From NCBI GenBank assembly GCA_951406725.2, contig OX597833.1, forward strand, positions 70,804,001 to 70,868,000: a DNA stretch of 64,000 bases, in the 5' to 3' direction. This stretch comes from Octopus vulgaris. Lineage: Eukaryota. The notes under the pieces are model-generated. The model saw only the letters and a program-made list of their open reading frames with translations, searched no databases and was not told where the DNA came from. The position numbers were made by a program, and so were the translations under genes. Positions 49,811 to 64,000 of this stretch are shown piece by piece (the stretch's first letter is position 1; each line of letters begins with the position of its first letter).

Positions 49811-49977
49811 TACGACGGGCTTCTTTCAGTTTCCGTCTACCAAATCCACTCACAAGGCATTGGTCGGCCCGTGGCTATAGCAGAAGACACTTGCCCAAGA
49901 TGCCACGCAGTGAGACTGAACCCGGAACCATGTGGTTGGTTAGCAAGCTACTTACCACACAGCCACTCCTGCACCTA
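49553..49977 (-). mobile_element. SINE family A
   Basis: Full-length reverse copy. Confidence 0.85.
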
Positions 49978-50389
49978 TGTATATATAGAAATATATATGA
50001 AACAATGTTCAAATGCTTACAGTACAGGTTTAGACCATATGCTATGTCAATTTGTATTCCAGAAAATACAAAATGTGTAACTGTGTATATGAAGTGCATA
50101 TAGAAGTATGTATGTATACATACATACTTCTATATGTGTTTCATATATGTTTACAGGAGAGGTGAGTCCAAGTCCTACAGGTGGCCTTCGACTTTTTCTA
50201 TCTAAAAGAGTTTTTGAACCCAATATTTATGATTTACCGTTATAATTAGGAACTGACCATGAAATACTCCAAAACGATTTTCCTCCCTCTTTCGTTAATT
50301 ACTTAAATACCACTCTCCCCTATTACGTATCCGAGATTGCTTTTTTCTTAGTGAACCGGGTGGGGATGTACTTGCAAAATTTCCCTTAT

Positions 50390-50555
50390 ATAGGCGTAGG
50401 AGTGGCTGTGTAGTAAGTAGCTTGCTTACAAACCACATGGTTCTGGGTTCAGTCCCACTGTGTGGCAACTTGGGCAAGCGTCTTCTACTATAGCCTCAGG
50501 CCGACCAAAGCCTTGTGAGTAGATTTGGTAGACGGAAACTGAAAGAAGCCCGTCG

Positions 50556-50590
<35 letters not shown>

Positions 50591-50790
50591 CTGTGTTTGT
50601 CCCCCCAACATTGCTTGACAACCGATGCTAGTGAGTTTACATCCCTATAACTTAGCGGTTCGGCAAAAGAGACCAATAGAATAAGTACTGGGCTTACAAA
50701 AGAATAAGTCCCGGGGTCGATTTTCTCGATTGACTAAAAGCGGTGCTCCAGCATGGCCACAGCCAAATGACTGAAACAAGTAAAAGAGTA
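50390..50790 (+). mobile_element. SINE family A
   Basis: Full-length copy, head-to-head with 49553-49977. Confidence 0.85.
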
Positions 50791-50986
50791 CTATTTATAG
50801 CCTCATATGCACTTCGAGATCCAATTCCAAAAATGAATTATCCCACGTTTATAAATTATAAAGCTATCAATAATATATAAAAATATATATATTACAAGGA
50901 TTATATTTTCTCAAAAGAAGTTTTACCGAAACATTTTTTAGTTTAAACTTTGCTGATGAAACCGATTCCCTTTCGTTTCTGTAGAC

Positions 50987-51175
50987 CAGTGCTTTTCAAA
51001 CTTTTTGATGGAGCGAAACCCCAAGGAAACGTTCCATTGGCTCGAGGAACCCCTGTGCAATAATTTAATAGTCTTATGCACACATATCTGCACAGGAGAA
51101 TTAAAAATTACAGCCGATTTTAGCAGTTTTGTAACCCCTGGACTGTACTGGCGGAACCCTGGTTGAAAACCACTG
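50987..51175. mobile_element. hAT-like MITE, same family, opposite orientation
   Basis: CAGTG...CACTG termini, 8-bp TSD CTGTAGAC. Inserted in a piggyBac-like MITE. Confidence 0.9.
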
Positions 51176-53328
51176 CTGTAGACTCGGCCAAAACCGGCTC
51201 TGGCTCTGTAGTACAAATGCCTTGTTTTCAAAAGTTTGGAATTAAAATCTTCCACCAAACCTTAGTCACAATTTATGTTCCTAACACTAACTGAATGGTA
51301 ACCAAATTATTTTACTAAATTCTTTGTTATATTTAAAATTAATTAAGAGAAACACAAAGCATCTCGAAATAAATACAGTAACGAAAGGGTTAAGAATATT
51401 CTTGGAGTCAGATCAGGTTTTGAAGCAGAATTACTTAGTTATCTCCCCTTCAGTGTTGAGTTCGAATTCTGCAGAAATCCCAAATAACCTGTTTATCTTT
51501 TCGGGGTTAATAATAATAAAATAAACCCTCATTTAAGTACTTGGTTTGTTACAGAATTCTTCCTATAAAGCATCCTAGATGTGAATGGAAGAATGTTATT
51601 ACATGAAAGCCAAAAGAGAGGCGAACACGCTGTGAAAACCTAAACGTGTTTATCATTTGATGCGATTCCATTTACGAAAATCCTTTTTTTTTAAATTATT
51701 TATTTTGCTTAAATCAATTAAAACGATGTCAAATCAAAAGTTTTTCAAAAATGAAAATGAAAACTCGTTACAGCCCATTACGTTCTGAGTTCGAATGTTG
51801 TCGAGTCTAATTTTGCCTTTTTTTTCCCTTTCGGGGGTCGATAAAAACAAAGCACCACTCAAATACTGGATCTCTTTGAGATTTAGGTACTTGATTTAAT
51901 GGATCTTTTCACTTTGACCGTCAGATTTTTAAAATAATTTCTTTAATTGTCAATATAGAATTATTGATAAGATTTAGAACTAAGAAATATTTACGAAAAT
52001 GAAGAATTGAAATAACGAACCAAAAAATTATGTAACAATATATAAATATATGATTGCAATCTTATCGATAGGCTCTTAACAATATAAGGGAATTTATAGC
52101 TAAAATATATTTTAGCTGCATAAAAACGTTTCAAATGTTTGTTTATTTTCGCCTGAAACCTGACCAAAACCGCGCCATTTTTTGCATAAACCAAGAAATC
52201 CATTAAAAGGTGTGTTTACGTTAGAAATACCAACATGCTTTCAATCAGTGCCTTTATTTTTTTTCCAAAATATCGAAATAAACAAAGAGTCTTTGAATTC
52301 TTTATTAAAGTAAACTGATAATGATGATGATGATCTGATGATCGGAGACAAAATCGATCCAGAAGATGGTTCGATTATATTCCATTGCTGTGATGTTTTG
52401 TTTAGAATTCTAAGGTTCCTTCATGAGATTTCGCTTCCTGCAAGAATGAGGAAGAGAGAGGGAGAGCTTTCTCTCCATCGTCAGAAATACGAATTCTTGC
52501 TGGGACAAAAGGAAAAATAACAGAAACAAAACCTTGAAAAGTAATACTAAACATTTTACTCGGCTAAAATATATTTTACCCCAAGATTGTGCTGCACCTG
52601 GGTAGCCACGGGTTTAAATTACTTTGTGGAGAGGATCTTCCACCGTGTATAATTATCTATATACAATTGTGAGATTGGTTTCTATACAGGCGTTCGTGAA
52701 GAAGATACTTTGTGGAGAGGATCTTCCACCGTGTAAAAGATTGGTTTCTTTATAGGCATTCGTGAAGAATAGAGTCGGAAATTATCGAGATCGTCATAAA
52801 AATGTGTATATCTTAAGCATTACAGAATATGAATTTGGAAATAAAATTAACACCTGAGTTGGTGTTTCGTCCACCCTTCCCACTGTCAGCAATTTTTCGG
52901 TTTCAGTTTTTTACAATTTTTGTTTTTTAGATATATTTTCGAAGAACTATAAACTCATACTAGAAGCTATTAACAGATCTTGTAAAGATAGATCTGAAGA
53001 AAAAAATATTTTTTCGAAAAGTATGTCAAAGACCGAAAAATTACGGAAAGATTTTTCGGGGAAATCCCAGTCTTTTTTTTATTTATTTACTTAATCAGTT
53101 TCGTAATCTTTGATACTTAAAAAAACACATCAGAAAAAAATTACAGGTTTTGGCGCACAAGCTAATCCCCGACTCTAATTCGTTACAAATGCATTTAGTT
53201 TATATATCATATATATATCTGTATGTGTGCGGGTTACAATCGCAGCGAGTTGGGTTTCGCGGTCCCGCTTTTCAACACGATCGTTGTCGAAAAGCAGGAA
53301 CACGGAACTCAACGCTACCTCTCTCTCT

Positions 53329-53940
<612 letters not shown>

Positions 53941-54249
53941 GCATTTCACATACACATGTTTATAGATATGTCTAAGTGCTTGTTGTATTCGTGTGTCGAG
54001 GTAAAAACAGGACGTCGAGTTGCGTCCCTTTGCGTTAAGAACGTTTATCTTAAACCACAAAGATTGATAAAAATAAATCGTTGAACTGATTATGTTCAAC
54101 TTAAAAAAATCCCCAACATGGCCTGCAGTGCAACGACTGAAACCAATAAAATAAATAAAATAATAGTAAGATATGTGTGTGTGTGTGTGTGTATATGTGT
54201 GTCTTCCGAGACGTGGGTTGGAACCCCTGACCTGCCTCATTGCAAAGAC

Positions 54250-54379
54250 AGACCACGTGACTTGGCTACGTTACATGTCGAGAACAAAGTGGAAGCCATT
54301 TTGTAGCCGCATCTAGAAAGGATACGGAGCGATGGTGTTCTAATTTATTTATTCCTATTCGTTGCAAACATTATTTAAG
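54250..54379 (+). promoter_or_regulatory. Candidate promoter and first exon of a divergent plus-strand gene
   Basis: E-box CACGTG near 54255, YY1-like GCCATTTT near 54295, donor AAG|GTAAGC at 54379, CpG-rich flanks. No downstream coding exon recognised in the window. Confidence 0.45.
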
Positions 54380-55381
54380 GTAAGCGACAAAGCTACGATT
54401 GCATTTTTGTAAATTTTCCCACTGCCGATTTAGAATCAATGTGGAATATAGTCCGACGGGTACATTGTGCGATCTTGAGCCTAGCTCTCGCGATTTTAAA
54501 ACTGAGCTGGTAAAAAAATTTGGTTTAAAATTCGGGCGGTTTCGGATTCTCGTCTAAATATATTCTCCCGAAAATGTCCGGGGATTCTTTTGCGAAATTA
54601 ACGACCGGATTGCATCGTCAATTAATATGTCCTTTTCGTTGTTGCTCCGTTCTTTCGTTTCGACAAGATTTAGCGATGGTCATGTTTGGATGCCTCTGTG
54701 TGTCCGTATTCAGCTCTACTTGAACGATTCAGCAAAGGTTTCGCTTCTGGCTTCTCTTCGCTTCCTTCTCTCTCATCATTTTTCCTTTCTTTCTTTCATT
54801 CTAATTAATTAATTTACCTGCTTTGTGTACACCTTGTTTATTGTGTCTCGTCCGACTTCCACCTGGAACCGAAATATGAAACGACTGCAACATTTTTTTC
54901 CATCTCAAAAAGACTTCATTAATCAAGAATTGATTTCCACCACAAACACAGAATCGTTTACAATTTGTAAACCGTCACTGACAGCGAATTATAATAACCT
55001 ATACTGGGAGCCTTCAGTTTTAATGTGTGTATATACACACATATATATATATATATGTGTGTGTGTGTGTATAATATACACATATCCTTTGTGTTCTGTT
55101 TTTAATTTTATTTTGATATATTCTCTCACCTCTGCCATACACAGATGCTTTCACTTATCAAATATTCACCCTAAATTTACAGTATAATGTACACACACAT
55201 ATATATATACTGTGTGTATGTATATATATATATATGATATACATACACATACTCTCTCTTTCTCTGTCACATATACACACCTAACCGTGGTATAGTAATT
55301 TATATATTCCATCTTTTTGGTACCTGGAGGATCTCACGTAACCAGAAATTAACGACTAACTGAATCAGCAGCTTCCCAGGA

Positions 55382-55504
55382 ATATATATATACACACACA
55401 CCTATATATATATATATATACACACCTATATATATATATATATAGGTACTTGTGTATATATATATATACACACCTATATATATATATATATATATATAGG
55501 TACT

Positions 55505-55590
<86 letters not shown>

Positions 55591-55712
55591 CACACGTATA
55601 TATATATACATACACACGTATATATATATATATACACACGTATATATATATATACACACACGTATATATATATATACACACCTATATATATATAATAAAC
55701 ATATATATACAC
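55382..55712. repeat. Compound (AT)n microsatellite with higher-order units
   Basis: Directly visible. Recurring cacacct, ggtacttg and cacacg interruptions. Confidence 0.95.
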
Positions 55713-58216
55713 GCACGTTTGGATATACGAATGGGAAACGGATATATATATATACCAATACATGTAGTTGTAGAAGAATATATTTATATATATTTCCATC
55801 TTTTGCTGTCCATAAAAGATCGGACGTAGAATTTTTTTTTTTCTTTCCAATCCATGATAAAAATCAACAGAGTATAAAATTACTTTAATTCTATATTTTT
55901 TTCTTCCCCCCTCATCGTTTCCATGTGCTGTCTTCCGTTCTTTTCCATCTCTTTGTACTGTGGTCTTTTTTCCCCTTTTTTAAAAAAAATTAATTTCGAC
56001 TTCTAGCACGTGCCATTTATCCGATTCTAATAAATATTAATAATATCCGTCTAATTATGTTGTTTATTATACACAATTAATTATCCCCCTCCCGGGCCCG
56101 AATTCTCATTATTTCTCTCTCTCTTGTTAAGGTTCTAAAATTCTATCATTTCAAATCCCGCCTAGAGATCAACTTTGCTTTTAAAGTGTCTGTTTAGCCC
56201 TAGGTCATCACTTACTAAGGAGACCTATGATCAGAGGCGTTCAAGCCATGGCCATACCGTGTTGTTTAGGTTTAGATTACCTACTGTAGCCTTTTCCGAC
56301 AATAGAGGGCGATTAAGCTGCCATTTCTACCGGATTAAGTGACCTAGTAGAGGCTCCCTGCCAAGTGTTGTGGCTAGTTTATATTAATATATGTGTATAT
56401 ATATATAATGCATTTTAGACGGGAATGGAATTATAATGAACTCAAAGCAACTCTGTATAGAAGCTGCAAAATTTTAGAATATATTTGGTTTATGAAACTG
56501 TCCATTATTCGTCCTAAATTTTGTGAAATGACATCAAAATAAGTTTTAGGTTTACAACAACAAGATTAAAAGTGCTGCGGTTAGAAGACATTAATCCAAA
56601 GAAAGAAAAGACATTGCTGTGGCCTTAAACGATACCAGGTTCAGTTTAGACTGCATGGCGGCTTTGGACGAAGATGAGACGGAAACTACACGGAAGCCCG
56701 TCGTCGGAGAGACCATACCGTTTTCTGTTCGTGGCTTGTAGTGTTTAAATCTCTCTCATGAGTGCCCTTTGGCAGAGAGCCCCTCTTGTTGCACGCACTC
56801 GGGGCCTGGGGGGGTCCTCTCCGAAATAAACTTCCGCCTTTTCCTCTCGGAAGATATCAACACTTAATGGGTGGTGGCCATTCCTCTCACCCATTGAAGA
56901 ATAAATTAATAAATATATGAAAGGTAGCAATGTTATTTTCTGAAGTCCTGCACTTAATGGATTTAGCTACACTGGAAATAGATGTCTAATGATGCAATGG
57001 GAAGAAGGGTGACCTCGTATTAGTCTAGTGTTTTTCATAAAAATACGGATGTGTTTAAATCGGTTTTTTATTTGAGATATATTTTCGTTATGTTCGACAA
57101 GGATGATTATACGACCCAAGGAAATTTCCTTGGAATGCTTTCTGCATAAACGCTATAATAGTTAAGTGCAGTCTCCCAAACTTAATGTAGGGAGCCAAAA
57201 TTGTGTTTACTTTTGAATTTTGTTGTATTTCTCCTAGTTACCCGTGTGAAAGTGAATTGAGTATCCGGGTGGGTATGGTATAGGGATTGCTACTGTGACA
57301 AAATGTTGTCTAGCTCCAAATGAGCCTTCACTGAGCAAACCTATAATCAACGATGTTTGAATACTGCTATTTCTAGCAAATAGAGCAACCATGAAGAGGC
57401 TCGCTCTTCCACACCGAGGAGACAGACTGACACTACCCTTGCATCCTCGTCTTTTGCCTGACTGACACTACCCTTGCACCCTTATCTTTTGCCATGGTGT
57501 TCTGTCATGAGCAGCATCAGTTTTAACGTCCACTTTTCCATGTTTGCATGGGTCAGACTGAATTCGTTGAAGCAGATTTTCTATGGCTGGATGCCTTTCC
57601 TACCGCCAACCCAGTACCTGTTTCTAAACAAGGTATTTTCCCACAGCTGGACATGTTTTCACAGAAAACCAGAAATGAATGACTGCTGATATAAGGGTGG
57701 TGCTCACAACTATTGCATACAAACACACACACATAGAATGATAAGCTAAATTTCTTGGGCTTTACCTTAAGGACTTTACAAACCCAAACCTCTTACTGTT
57801 TTTTTTTTTCCAAATCTTCAAGGACCTGTTTGTGCAGAGACAGACAGTGGGCCTTGAATTCAGGACACAGAGAGCTAAAAAGAAATCTTGCAAAATATTC
57901 GTCTGATGCCCTTTCAACTCAGCCACTTCACTGTTATGTCATAGTTGATGTATGACAAACATCAGCAGGATATACATGAGACAACCAAAGGTGTAAAGAG
58001 TTGTGTCTGGCCTGACTGAGATGCAGGAAGAAAAAAGTAAATCTCAGGTTAACACTAATTGCAAGCAGACCTACTATGATAAAAAACATTCCACCTTCAT
58101 TCTAGGGACTGCATTTAAACCTACATCATCCAGTGTGCCCCTTTTTTTTTTATTATTGACTCTAGGGTGTGATTCGAGAGAGATTTGGCTACTATTTTTA
58201 GCAGGAAGAGTAACCA

Positions 58217-58598
58217 TAGGCGCAGGAGTGGCTGTGTGGTAAGTAGCTTGCTAACCAACCACATGGTTCCGGGTTCAGTCCCACTGCATGGCATCTTGGG
58301 CAAGTGTCTTTTGCTATAGCCCCGGGCCGACCAAAGCCTTGTGAGTGGATTTGGTAGACGGAAACTGAAAGAAGCCTGTCGTATATATATATATGTGTGT
58401 TTGTCCCCCTAGCATTGCTTGACAACCGATGCTGGTGTGTTTACGTCCCCGTCACTTAGCGGTTCGGCAAAAAAGAGGCCGATAGAATAAATACTGGGCT
58501 TACAAAGAATAAGTCCTGGGGTCGAGTTGCTCGATTAAAAGGCGGTGCTCCAGCATGGCCACAGTCAAATGACTGAAACAAGTAAAAGAGTAAGAGTA
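58217..58598 (+). mobile_element. SINE family A
   Basis: Full-length copy. Confidence 0.85.
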
Positions 58599-59214
58599 TA
58601 TAGAGACTCGTCCTCATCAGGTCACATTTTTCATTGAAAGGGCTGAGCAGAATCTAAGAGAGAAGGGGTAGGGATCTTTATAGGGGAAGCGGTGAAGACA
58701 GGGGGATGTGAGAAACTATTGATTGTGTGGTGGTTGTGTTTCTCGGTTTCCATTGATGAAAAATTAATGGCAGCCTCATTTCATAATTGTAAATGGTGTT
58801 TGTTAGAAATATTATCGAGTATTGATTTCTATTACTGGCTGGCACACAGCCACAGATTTTTCGAGGGGAGTGCAGTTTAGTTAAAAACCAACCTGAGTAC
58901 TTGATTGGTGATGTATGTTCTCAGCAAGACATGGTTGACCTTGGCGGGATTTGGACTTGTAACATAAAGGGCCATAATTAAATACCACAAGGCATTTTGT
59001 CTGGAGCTCTAACAGTTCTGCCAACCTGCTTTTACCATCGAGGACTCTATTCTATGTCTTGCATTTTATGTAGATATAAAAGACAACCCATCAGCAATCA
59101 AGGGACACCGTTAAATGTAATGCTTATTTATTTACGTGGTTTTTAATTATTCATGCATTGTCTCGTAACTTGGAGATTCCGATGATGTGATTGTTTATTT
59201 CTAGCAGGGTGCAA

Positions 59215-59696
59215 AGAGCATACGAGTGTGATCGTTGTCAGAGTGGCTAACCGGCTTCTGTGCCAGTGGCACATAAAAGGCACCATCCGAGTGTGATCGT
59301 TACCAGCGTTGCCTTACTGGCACCTGTGCCAAGAGCACCATCCGAGCGTGGTCATTGCCAGAGGGGCTAACTGGCTTCCATGTTGGTGGCACGTAAAAGG
59401 GCACCATTCGAGTGTGATCGTTACCAGCGTTGCCTTACTGGCACCTGTGCCGGTGGCATGTGTAAAAAGATTCGAGCGAGGTCATTGCCAGTACCGCCTG
59501 ACTGGCCCTTGTGCTGGTGGCACGTAAAAATCACCCACTACACTCTTAGAGTGGTTGGTGTTAGGAAGGGCATCAAGCTGTAGAAACTCTGTCAGATCAA
59601 GATTGGAGCTTGGTGCAGCCATCTGGTTCGCCAATCCTCAGTCAAAATCGTCCAACCCATGCTAGCATGGAAAGCGGACGTTAAACGATGATGATG
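59215..59696 (+). mobile_element. Repeat family C, long copy with internal tandem subrepeats
   Basis: Repeated gagtgtgatcgttaccag and gcacgtaaaa units, (GAT)n tail. Close homologue at 62560-62920. Confidence 0.8.
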
Positions 59697-60699
59697 CTTG
59701 TAGGGTAGGTGTGAGAGGCCTGATCTGACTATTCTGAACATAAAACAGAATATTTAAGCCAGAAATGCCAAGTTTTAATGCTGAAGAGTTAAATGTCTAC
59801 TTGTAAACTTTGGTCAAACAGGATGTATGTTGTGTCCTGTTTGGACAGATTTATGATCAAAGGCCTTCTAGCCATGACCATCCCAGCTTTACATACATAG
59901 TTTATCTCCCACTACATTATCCAATATGTTCTTCCTTTAAAAAAAAAAAGAAACACAGCAGGGAGGTGTGAATCAGAAGTTCTTAAGAAAAATTTCTTCT
60001 GGGCCAGTGTGGAATTATTGCTATTGCATGGCTGTTGCTGCCATATATTTGGGTATTGACCAAATACGTGGGAAGCAAGGCTTGTGATGAGCCATTCTGA
60101 ATATTCTAGCACTGGTGTCCTCTGATATTGCTTCTTTGGACTGACCAGTGCTTTGCAGGTGAATTTAAGGGACAGAGTTCATTATATGTGTGTCCATCAG
60201 ACAGTTTTGGTTCTTAACCAAAGCTGTCCAATGAACAGGAATGTGAAACTCTGAGTAACAGTGTTAGTGATGTCTCTGCAGCTTTATTAATAAAGCATAT
60301 TACTCTAACTCTGGTATTTGAGTACTATTTTTCCCCACTTTGTTTCACATTTCTGTGTTTACTCCGGTATATATATCATCATCGTTTAATGTCCGCTTTC
60401 CATGGTAGCATGGGCTGGACGATTTTGACTGAGGTCTGGCGAACCAGATGGCTGCACCAGACTCCAATCTTGATCTGGCAGATTTTCTACAGCTGGATGC
60501 CCTTCCTAACGCCAATCACTCCGAGAGTGTAGTGGGTGCTTTTACGTGCCACTGGCACGAGGGCCAGGTGTGTGTGTGTGTATATATATACACATACACA
60601 CAGAAAATTCTAGTTGTTGCACATAATAGTATAGAGGAGAAGACTGGCACTTAGCTAGCATTATGGTGCAGATGGCAACTTGGAATTGCTATAACATAC

Positions 60700-62510
60700 C
60701 TTGTGATCCCTACAGGTGAGATGTATGGTCACCGTTGTAAGATCCTGGCCAAACAGAAGGGGACATGATGATGGAGTGATACAATAGATCTATAAAGGCT
60801 AAGAAACAGGTTTGGAATGTCTGGAAGGAAGGTAGAAGCAGAGGACATTATCAAGTAGGCAGAAGAGAATCTTGGTGTCGGGTATACTCATCCTAGGAAA
60901 AAACGAAAGGAGGAGATTTGCATGTGTTCTGTGATGTGAAAGATGAGAGATTGGAGGTGTTCGGGATTATAAGATGATGCCGGAGTAAACTGAGGTGTCA
61001 TTGGGGGAGGAGTATATCCAGAATGATGGAGACATACTTGTCGTTAAAGCTGGTATCAAGAAAGGAGCAGAGAAGTGCTGTTATGAGAGAATGCTTGGGC
61101 TGAAGAGGGTCAACCACCTGCTGACCCAACAGAGGAAACGGCAGGTGAGCTTTTCGCAGTGTAACAGAGTGAAGGACTTGAAGGTGAGGATAGTTACTGG
61201 TCCATAAAGAATAGCCATTGAGTTGTTAATGGTATGAGGCTAAGTAATCTTAGTAGTTAAGGCGATAATCTGGCAGAATCGTAGGCGCGCCGGGCAAAAT
61301 GCCTAGCGGTATTTCGTCTGCCGTTACGTTCTGAGTTCAAATTCCACCGAGGTCGACTTTGCCTTTCATCCTTTCAGGGTCGATTAAATAAGTACCAGTT
61401 ACACACTGGGGTCGATATAATCGACTTAATCCGTTTGTCTGTCCTTGTTTGTCCTCTCTGTGTTTAGCCCCTTGTGGGTAGTAACGAAATAGGTATTTCG
61501 TCTGCCGTTACGTTCTGAGTTCAAATTCCGCCGAGGTCGACTTTGCCTTTCATCCTTTCAGGGTCGATTAAATAAGTACCAGTTACACACTGGGGTCGAT
61601 ATAATCGACTTAATCCGTTTGTCCTCTCTGTGTTTAGCCCCTTGTGGGTAGTAAAGAAATAGGTATGAGGCTAAGTGAGATATATTCTAGTCACCCAGAT
61701 AGTTAATCTAGCAATGGAAGTGCCGTATGCACTGACTGGTGCAGCAGTGTCATTGTAATCTACCACCAGGACAAGAAGATGTCTTAGAGAGGAAATTACA
61801 GAGGCATCAAATTGTTAGAGCAGCTATTGAAGTCACGGTGCCATTGTACAGTTGATCTGATGCAGTTGGGCTCGAGGAGATGCAGCTTGGTTTTATGTTT
61901 GGAAGGGATGTCAGAGATGCTATCTTCTTAGTAAGGCATCTGTAGAAATGCTTAGCTTCAAGTAAGCCACTGTATGTAGGATTTGTTGATTTGGAGGTCT
62001 TTAACAAGGTGCCAAACTGTGTAATCTGGTGGTCACTGACAAAACAAGTTGTAGACGAAGGGCAGTACAAGCTGTGTATAAAGGTGCAGTAAGTATTGTC
62101 AGTCAACTTCAGCCTGAAAGTAGGGGTCTATCAAGGCTCAGAGTTCAGCCCTGTCTTGTTCATTATGACCCTACAGGCCATCACAGGTGTCTGTGAAAGC
62201 TCCTTTTATAATGTTATTGGCATCAAGTTCTCTCAGCTCAATCTATAATAGAATTAAAGAAGGAATTACCGATGTGGATGCAGAACCTTAAATTTATAGA
62301 AATCCTTGAGGAAACCTTGACCTAGATTAAGGTGTTAGTGAGTAGGAAAGAAGACAAGGCCTTAGTATCATCAGAGAATTGGCCTTGCTTGATATGCAAA
62401 GACAGAATCTGTAGAAACTCCATATGCTGTAACAACACAATAGGTGTAAGTGGAATTAGATGCAGGTAAACAGACGAGGTAGGCTTTGTGTGTGGGCAGC
62501 TTAGCAATTC
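60700..62510 (+). mobile_element. Degenerate RTE-like LINE, reverse-transcriptase region
   Basis: Broken motifs YRGIKLLEQ, MQLGFMFGR..DAIFLVR, PLYVGFVDLE..FNKVP, VGVYQGS..SP.LF. Many stops and frameshifts. Confidence 0.75.
61260..61661 (+). mobile_element. SINE family B dimer nested in an RTE-like LINE
   Basis: Core units at 61308 and 61492. Direct repeat GGTATGAGGCTAAGT at 61231-61245 and 61662-61676. Confidence 0.85.
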
Positions 62511-62559
62511 TGAGGGGAGGGGAAGTCAATTACATCAACCTCAATCCTTGACAGGTAGT

Positions 62560-62920
62560 ACCATCCGAGCGGGATCGTTACCAGAGCGACTAATGGGTTT
62601 CCATGCCGGTGGCACGTAAAAGGCACCATTTGAGCATGATCGTTACCAGCATCACCCTACTGGCACCTGTGCCGGTGATATGTGTAAAAAGATTTGAGCG
62701 TGGTCATTGCCAGTACCGCCTGACTGGCCCCTGTGCCGGTGGCATTTGAAAAGCACCCACTACACTCTCGGAGTGGTTGGCGTTAGGAATGGCATCCAGC
62801 TGTAGAAACTCTGCCAGATCAAGATTGGAACCTGATGCAGCCATCTGGTTCGCCAGCCCTCAGTCAAAATCGTCCAACCCATGCTAGCATGGAAAGCGGA
62901 CGTTAAACAATGATGATGAT
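62560..62920 (+). mobile_element. Repeat family C
   Basis: Homologous to about 59340-59696. Confidence 0.8.
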
Positions 62921-63084
62921 GACCCTGAAAGGGTGGAAGCAAAGATCAACCTTGGTGGAATTTGAACTCAGAGCATAAACATGGATGAAATGCTACTAAG
63001 CATTTTGCCCAGCATGCTAACGATTCTGCCAACTTGCCACTTTAGAAAAAATATTAATAATAATAATAATAACAAGAAGTTAGC

Positions 63085-63435
63085 ATGTACATGTTTTGTC
63101 TTGGTATAAAAGATGGGCTACAGCAAATATTCTGCTCAATACCACAGATTTGCTTGTCAGTTGTTTGACCTTCACCAGTTGAGCATGTCCCTTAGTGGCT
63201 GACGATATGTGCATCTCTGATCACGGGCAGAAGTAGTCGGGGAGCATCATAGCCATGTGTTGAGAGGAATTCTTTGGGGTTTGAATAATTCACCCCTGGA
63301 AACATGGGTGTTTAATTCATCATTCAGAGACCTTTTGAGTTGGATGAGCTTCTCGACCAGAAGAAAATTCTAGCTGGGCCACACCTGAAAAGTCATGTGC
63401 TGTTTATCGTGATACGAGGTCACCATGTCACACAC
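63085..63435. repeat. Unclassified interspersed repeat, copy 2
   Basis: Homologous to about 20040-20380. Confidence 0.75.
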
Positions 63436-64000
63436 ATCGTTAATGATACAACTAATTACATTTATGATAAATTACGTAATTGTTTTGAAAAGTGTAAAAG
63501 AGAACCATGAAATGCATAATTTCTTTCGAAATTGTATTTTGTGTCAAAGTCCACCAAGGCAGGGTAGTGCTGAATGTGCAGTCATAGGCAACAACACCTC
63601 TGAAAGCTACATTCCTTGTTATACTTTTGTCCCCTCTTTTACCTTGAGAATCGTTAACTGTTATTTTTTATATTAAAAAGTAAACAATCTTAATACAGAA
63701 CAAAATTGGAAACGTAATTTAATTATAATAATTATAATTTGATTATGATAATATTCTATTTCTGTATGACTCCATCGGTAAAGGTTTACTAAATCTTGAT
63801 TTTCTTATTTTCATATCTGAGAAAAGTTGAAATGGTTAGGCTTGAACCCACAGTCCCAGTGAAGGAAGAATAGTCGTGGCCCCATTCAGTTATGGATACT
63901 CACAAAAAAGGGGAAAGAAAGAAATATTTAAGAGATGAGGAATTATTTACATTTGACGGATATTTGTCCTCATCTTGTTTGTTGTTAGCACAACATTTTG

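Noticed and set aside
59215-59540. Regularly spaced short repeats resembling a CRISPR array
   Set aside because: The spacers are themselves repeated, the context is eukaryotic with no cas genes, and these are family C subrepeats.

Overview
AT-rich, repeat-dense eukaryotic genomic DNA. The SINE, LINE and microsatellite content looks like a coleoid cephalopod, probably Octopus; this is an inference. Almost all ORFs in the supplied track are artefacts of microsatellites or transposon remnants. I reconstructed one real protein-coding gene by hand: a minus-strand SLC35C2-like nucleotide-sugar transporter with 8 phase-consistent coding exons (16444 to 4949, 345 codons plus 1 nt, C-terminus unresolved). 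There are candidate 5' exons at about 26967 and 44336 (minus) and a candidate first exon of a divergent plus-strand gene ending at 54379. The remainder is tRNA-derived SINEs (at least 4 families), RTE-, L1/Tx1- and R4-like LINE fragments, mariner and maT remnants, hAT-, piggyBac- and Merlin-like MITEs, non-autonomous Helitrons, fold-back elements and long microsatellites. The most interesting signals are: degenerate minimal hammerhead-ribozyme motifs of the Penelope type, two of them in SLC35C2 introns in sense orientation; SINE multimers with an exact 184-nt period; a 30-bp tandem duplication of a splice donor; and inverted repeats bracketing SLC35C2 exons. I found no clearly new multi-gene system. 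Repeat boundaries are approximate unless a target-site duplication (TSD) is quoted.
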